A stretch of 32,000 bases of DNA from Geotalea daltonii FRC-32 (lineage in GTDB: Bacteria; Desulfobacterota; Desulfuromonadia; Geobacterales; Geobacteraceae), in contig NC_011979.1 in NCBI RefSeq assembly GCF_000022265.1, positions 420,001-452,000 on the forward strand, in the 5' to 3' direction. Below the pieces are notes generated by a model. That model was not told where the DNA came from, did not search any database, and was given only the letters and a program-made list of their open reading frames with translations. Positions within the stretch are counted from its first letter, which is position 1; every line of letters begins with the position of its first letter. The position numbers and the translations under genes were made by a program. Shown in pieces: positions 30,751 through 32,000 of this stretch.

Positions 30751-31038
30751 ATGAAGATCAACAAAGATGAGGTGGAGAAGGTCGCCCTGCTGGCCCGCCT
30801 GGAATTGACCGGCGAGGAGGCGGAAATGTTCACCGGACAGATGGATGCCATCCTTGCCTATGTGGATAAACTGAACGAACTGAATACCGACGGCATCGTG
30901 CCGACTGCCCATGCCGTGCCCATGGAAAACGCCTTCCGTGCGGATGAGGTCCGTGATTCCATCGGCATCGACAACGCCCTGGCCAACGCACCGAAGCGGG
31001 CGGAGAGCTTCTTCCGCGTGCCGAAAGTGATCGAGTGA
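30751..31038 (+). CDS. gatC: Asp-tRNA(Asn)/Glu-tRNA(Gln) amidotransferase subunit C
   Basis: This is a 95-aa protein (MKINKDEVEKVALLARLELTGEEAEMFTGQMDAILAYVDKLNELNTDGIVPTAH). GGAG lies 7 nt upstream. gatA follows. Confidence 0.93.
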   Translation: MKINKDEVEKVALLARLELTGEEAEMFTGQMDAILAYVDKLNELNTDGIVPTAHAVPMENAFRADEVRDSIGIDNALANAPKRAESFFRVPKVIE

Positions 31039-31091
31039 CTTTTGCTGCCGATCTTGGCGGCCCTTGAATGCATTATACACCTGGAGCAGAT

Positions 31092-32000
31092 ATGGAACTT
31101 TTCGAACTGACCATCCACGAGTTGCACGATAAGCTGAAGAAAAAGGAAGTCTCCTCGGTGGAGGCGACCGAGTCAATGCTGGCAAGGATCGAAGCGGTCG
31201 AACCTAAGGTGAATGCCTTTATCACTGTTACCGCCGATCAGGCGCTGAAAGATGCTGCGGAGGCAGACAAGCGTATTGCCGATGGCGACATGGACAAACT
31301 CACCGGTATCCCAGTGGCACTCAAGGATATCTTCCTCACCAAGGGAGTCCGTACCACCTGTGCTTCCCGCATTCTTGAGAACTTCATTCCCCCCTATGAT
31401 GCGACCAGCGTCGCCCGATTGAAAGCCAGGGGAGCCGTGCTGGTCGGCAAGCTGAATCAGGACGAGTTCGCCATGGGTTCTTCCACCGAATCCAGTTATT
31501 TCGGCAAGACGAGCAACCCATGGAATCTGGAATGCATCCCGGGAGGATCATCGGGGGGCTCCGCTGCTGCCATTGCTGCACAACAGGCAACTGCTACCCT
31601 TGGTACCGATACGGGGGGCTCCATCCGCCAACCAGCCTCCCACTGCGGCTGCGTCGGCCTCAAACCCACCTACGGCAGGGTTTCCCGCTATGGGGTCATC
31701 GCCTACGCCTCCTCTCTCGACCAGGTCGGGCCGGTAACCCGTGATGTCACCGACTGTGCCATCATGCTGGAGGCTGTGGCCGGTTATGACGCCAAGGATT
31801 CCACCAGCGTCGATCTGCCGGTGCCTGAGTACACAAAAGCGCTGACCGGCCAGGTCAAGGGGCTGAAGATCGGCCTGCCCAGGGAATATTTCATCGAGGG
31901 GCTCGATCCCGATGTGCAGAAGGCCATGGATGAGGCTATCGCCACCTACCGGCAAATGGGGGCCGAATTTCAGGAGGTCTCCCTTCCCCATACCGATTAT
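31092..32000 (+). CDS. gatA: Asp-tRNA(Asn)/Glu-tRNA(Gln) amidotransferase subunit A; 3' end runs off the window
   Basis: Absent from the ORF track because it has no stop in the window. The ATG at 31092 follows GGAG. My translation is [46 protein letters not shown]...[24 protein letters not shown]...[13 protein letters not shown]...[13 protein letters not shown], which carries the amidase signature. Confidence 0.93.
   Translation, partial: MELFELTIHELHDKLKKKEVSSVEATESMLARIEAVEPKVNAFITVTADQALKDAAEADKRIADGDMDKLTGIPVALKDIFLTKGVRTTCASRILENFIPPYDATSVARLKARGAVLVGKLNQDEFAMGSSTESSYFGKTSNPWNLECIPGGSSGGSAAAIAAQQATATLGTDTGGSIRQPASHCGCVGLKPTYGRVSRYGVIAYASSLDQVGPVTRDVTDCAIMLEAVAGYDAKDSTSVDLPVPEYTKALTGQVKGLKIGLPREYFIEGLDPDVQKAMDEAIATYRQMGAEFQEVSLPHTDY

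Noticed and set aside
1-32000. A check for CRISPR arrays, IS elements or transposases, integrases, toxin-antitoxin pairs and prophage genes.
   Set aside because: No regularly spaced direct repeats, terminal inverted repeats or recognisable transposase or integrase motifs were found on either strand.

Overview
The gene content (mglBA, PFOR, cooS, gatCA, ffs-dnaX-ybaB-recR) and high GC suggest a Geobacter/Desulfuromonadales-like deltaproteobacterium; this is inference only, as no search was run.

The right third (about 19.9-32 kb) is ordinary housekeeping DNA:
- tRNA-Asn, mglA/mglB and pyruvate:ferredoxin oxidoreductase
- recR, ybaB, dnaX, SRP RNA and tRNA-Ser
- a PcrA/UvrD helicase, gatC and the 5' part of gatA

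The left two thirds look accessory and visibly more GC-rich:
1. A Ni-CO dehydrogenase (cooS) carries a His-rich C-terminal tail. It is translationally coupled to a Tat-exported NitT/TauT-type ABC importer (1-3581).
2. A signal-peptide S10 serine carboxypeptidase lies at 3740-5257.
3. A tightly coupled minus-strand operon (5370-15938) reads, in transcription order:
   - an 1129-aa non-RTX cadherin-repeat cargo protein
   - a cytoplasmic TPR-sulfotransferase-TPR protein
   - a TolC-like outer membrane protein
   - a type I secretion (T1SS) ABC transporter with a degenerate C39-like domain
   - a HlyD-family adaptor
4. A small Cys4 zinc-ribbon gene sits next to a CcdA/DsbD-like membrane protein.
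5. A radical-SAM/HhH plus DUF4130-type gene pair of unresolved DNA-metabolism function follows.

The best candidate for an undescribed system is the sulfotransferase embedded between a giant T1SS cargo and its own secretion machinery. The arrangement resembles Xanthomonas raxX-raxST-raxA-raxB, but with an adhesin-sized cargo. That cargo carries an unnamed three-fold, roughly 190-aa calcium-loop repeat in place of RTX repeats.

No CRISPR array, IS element or integrase was seen. All family calls rest on motifs read by eye from the translations.
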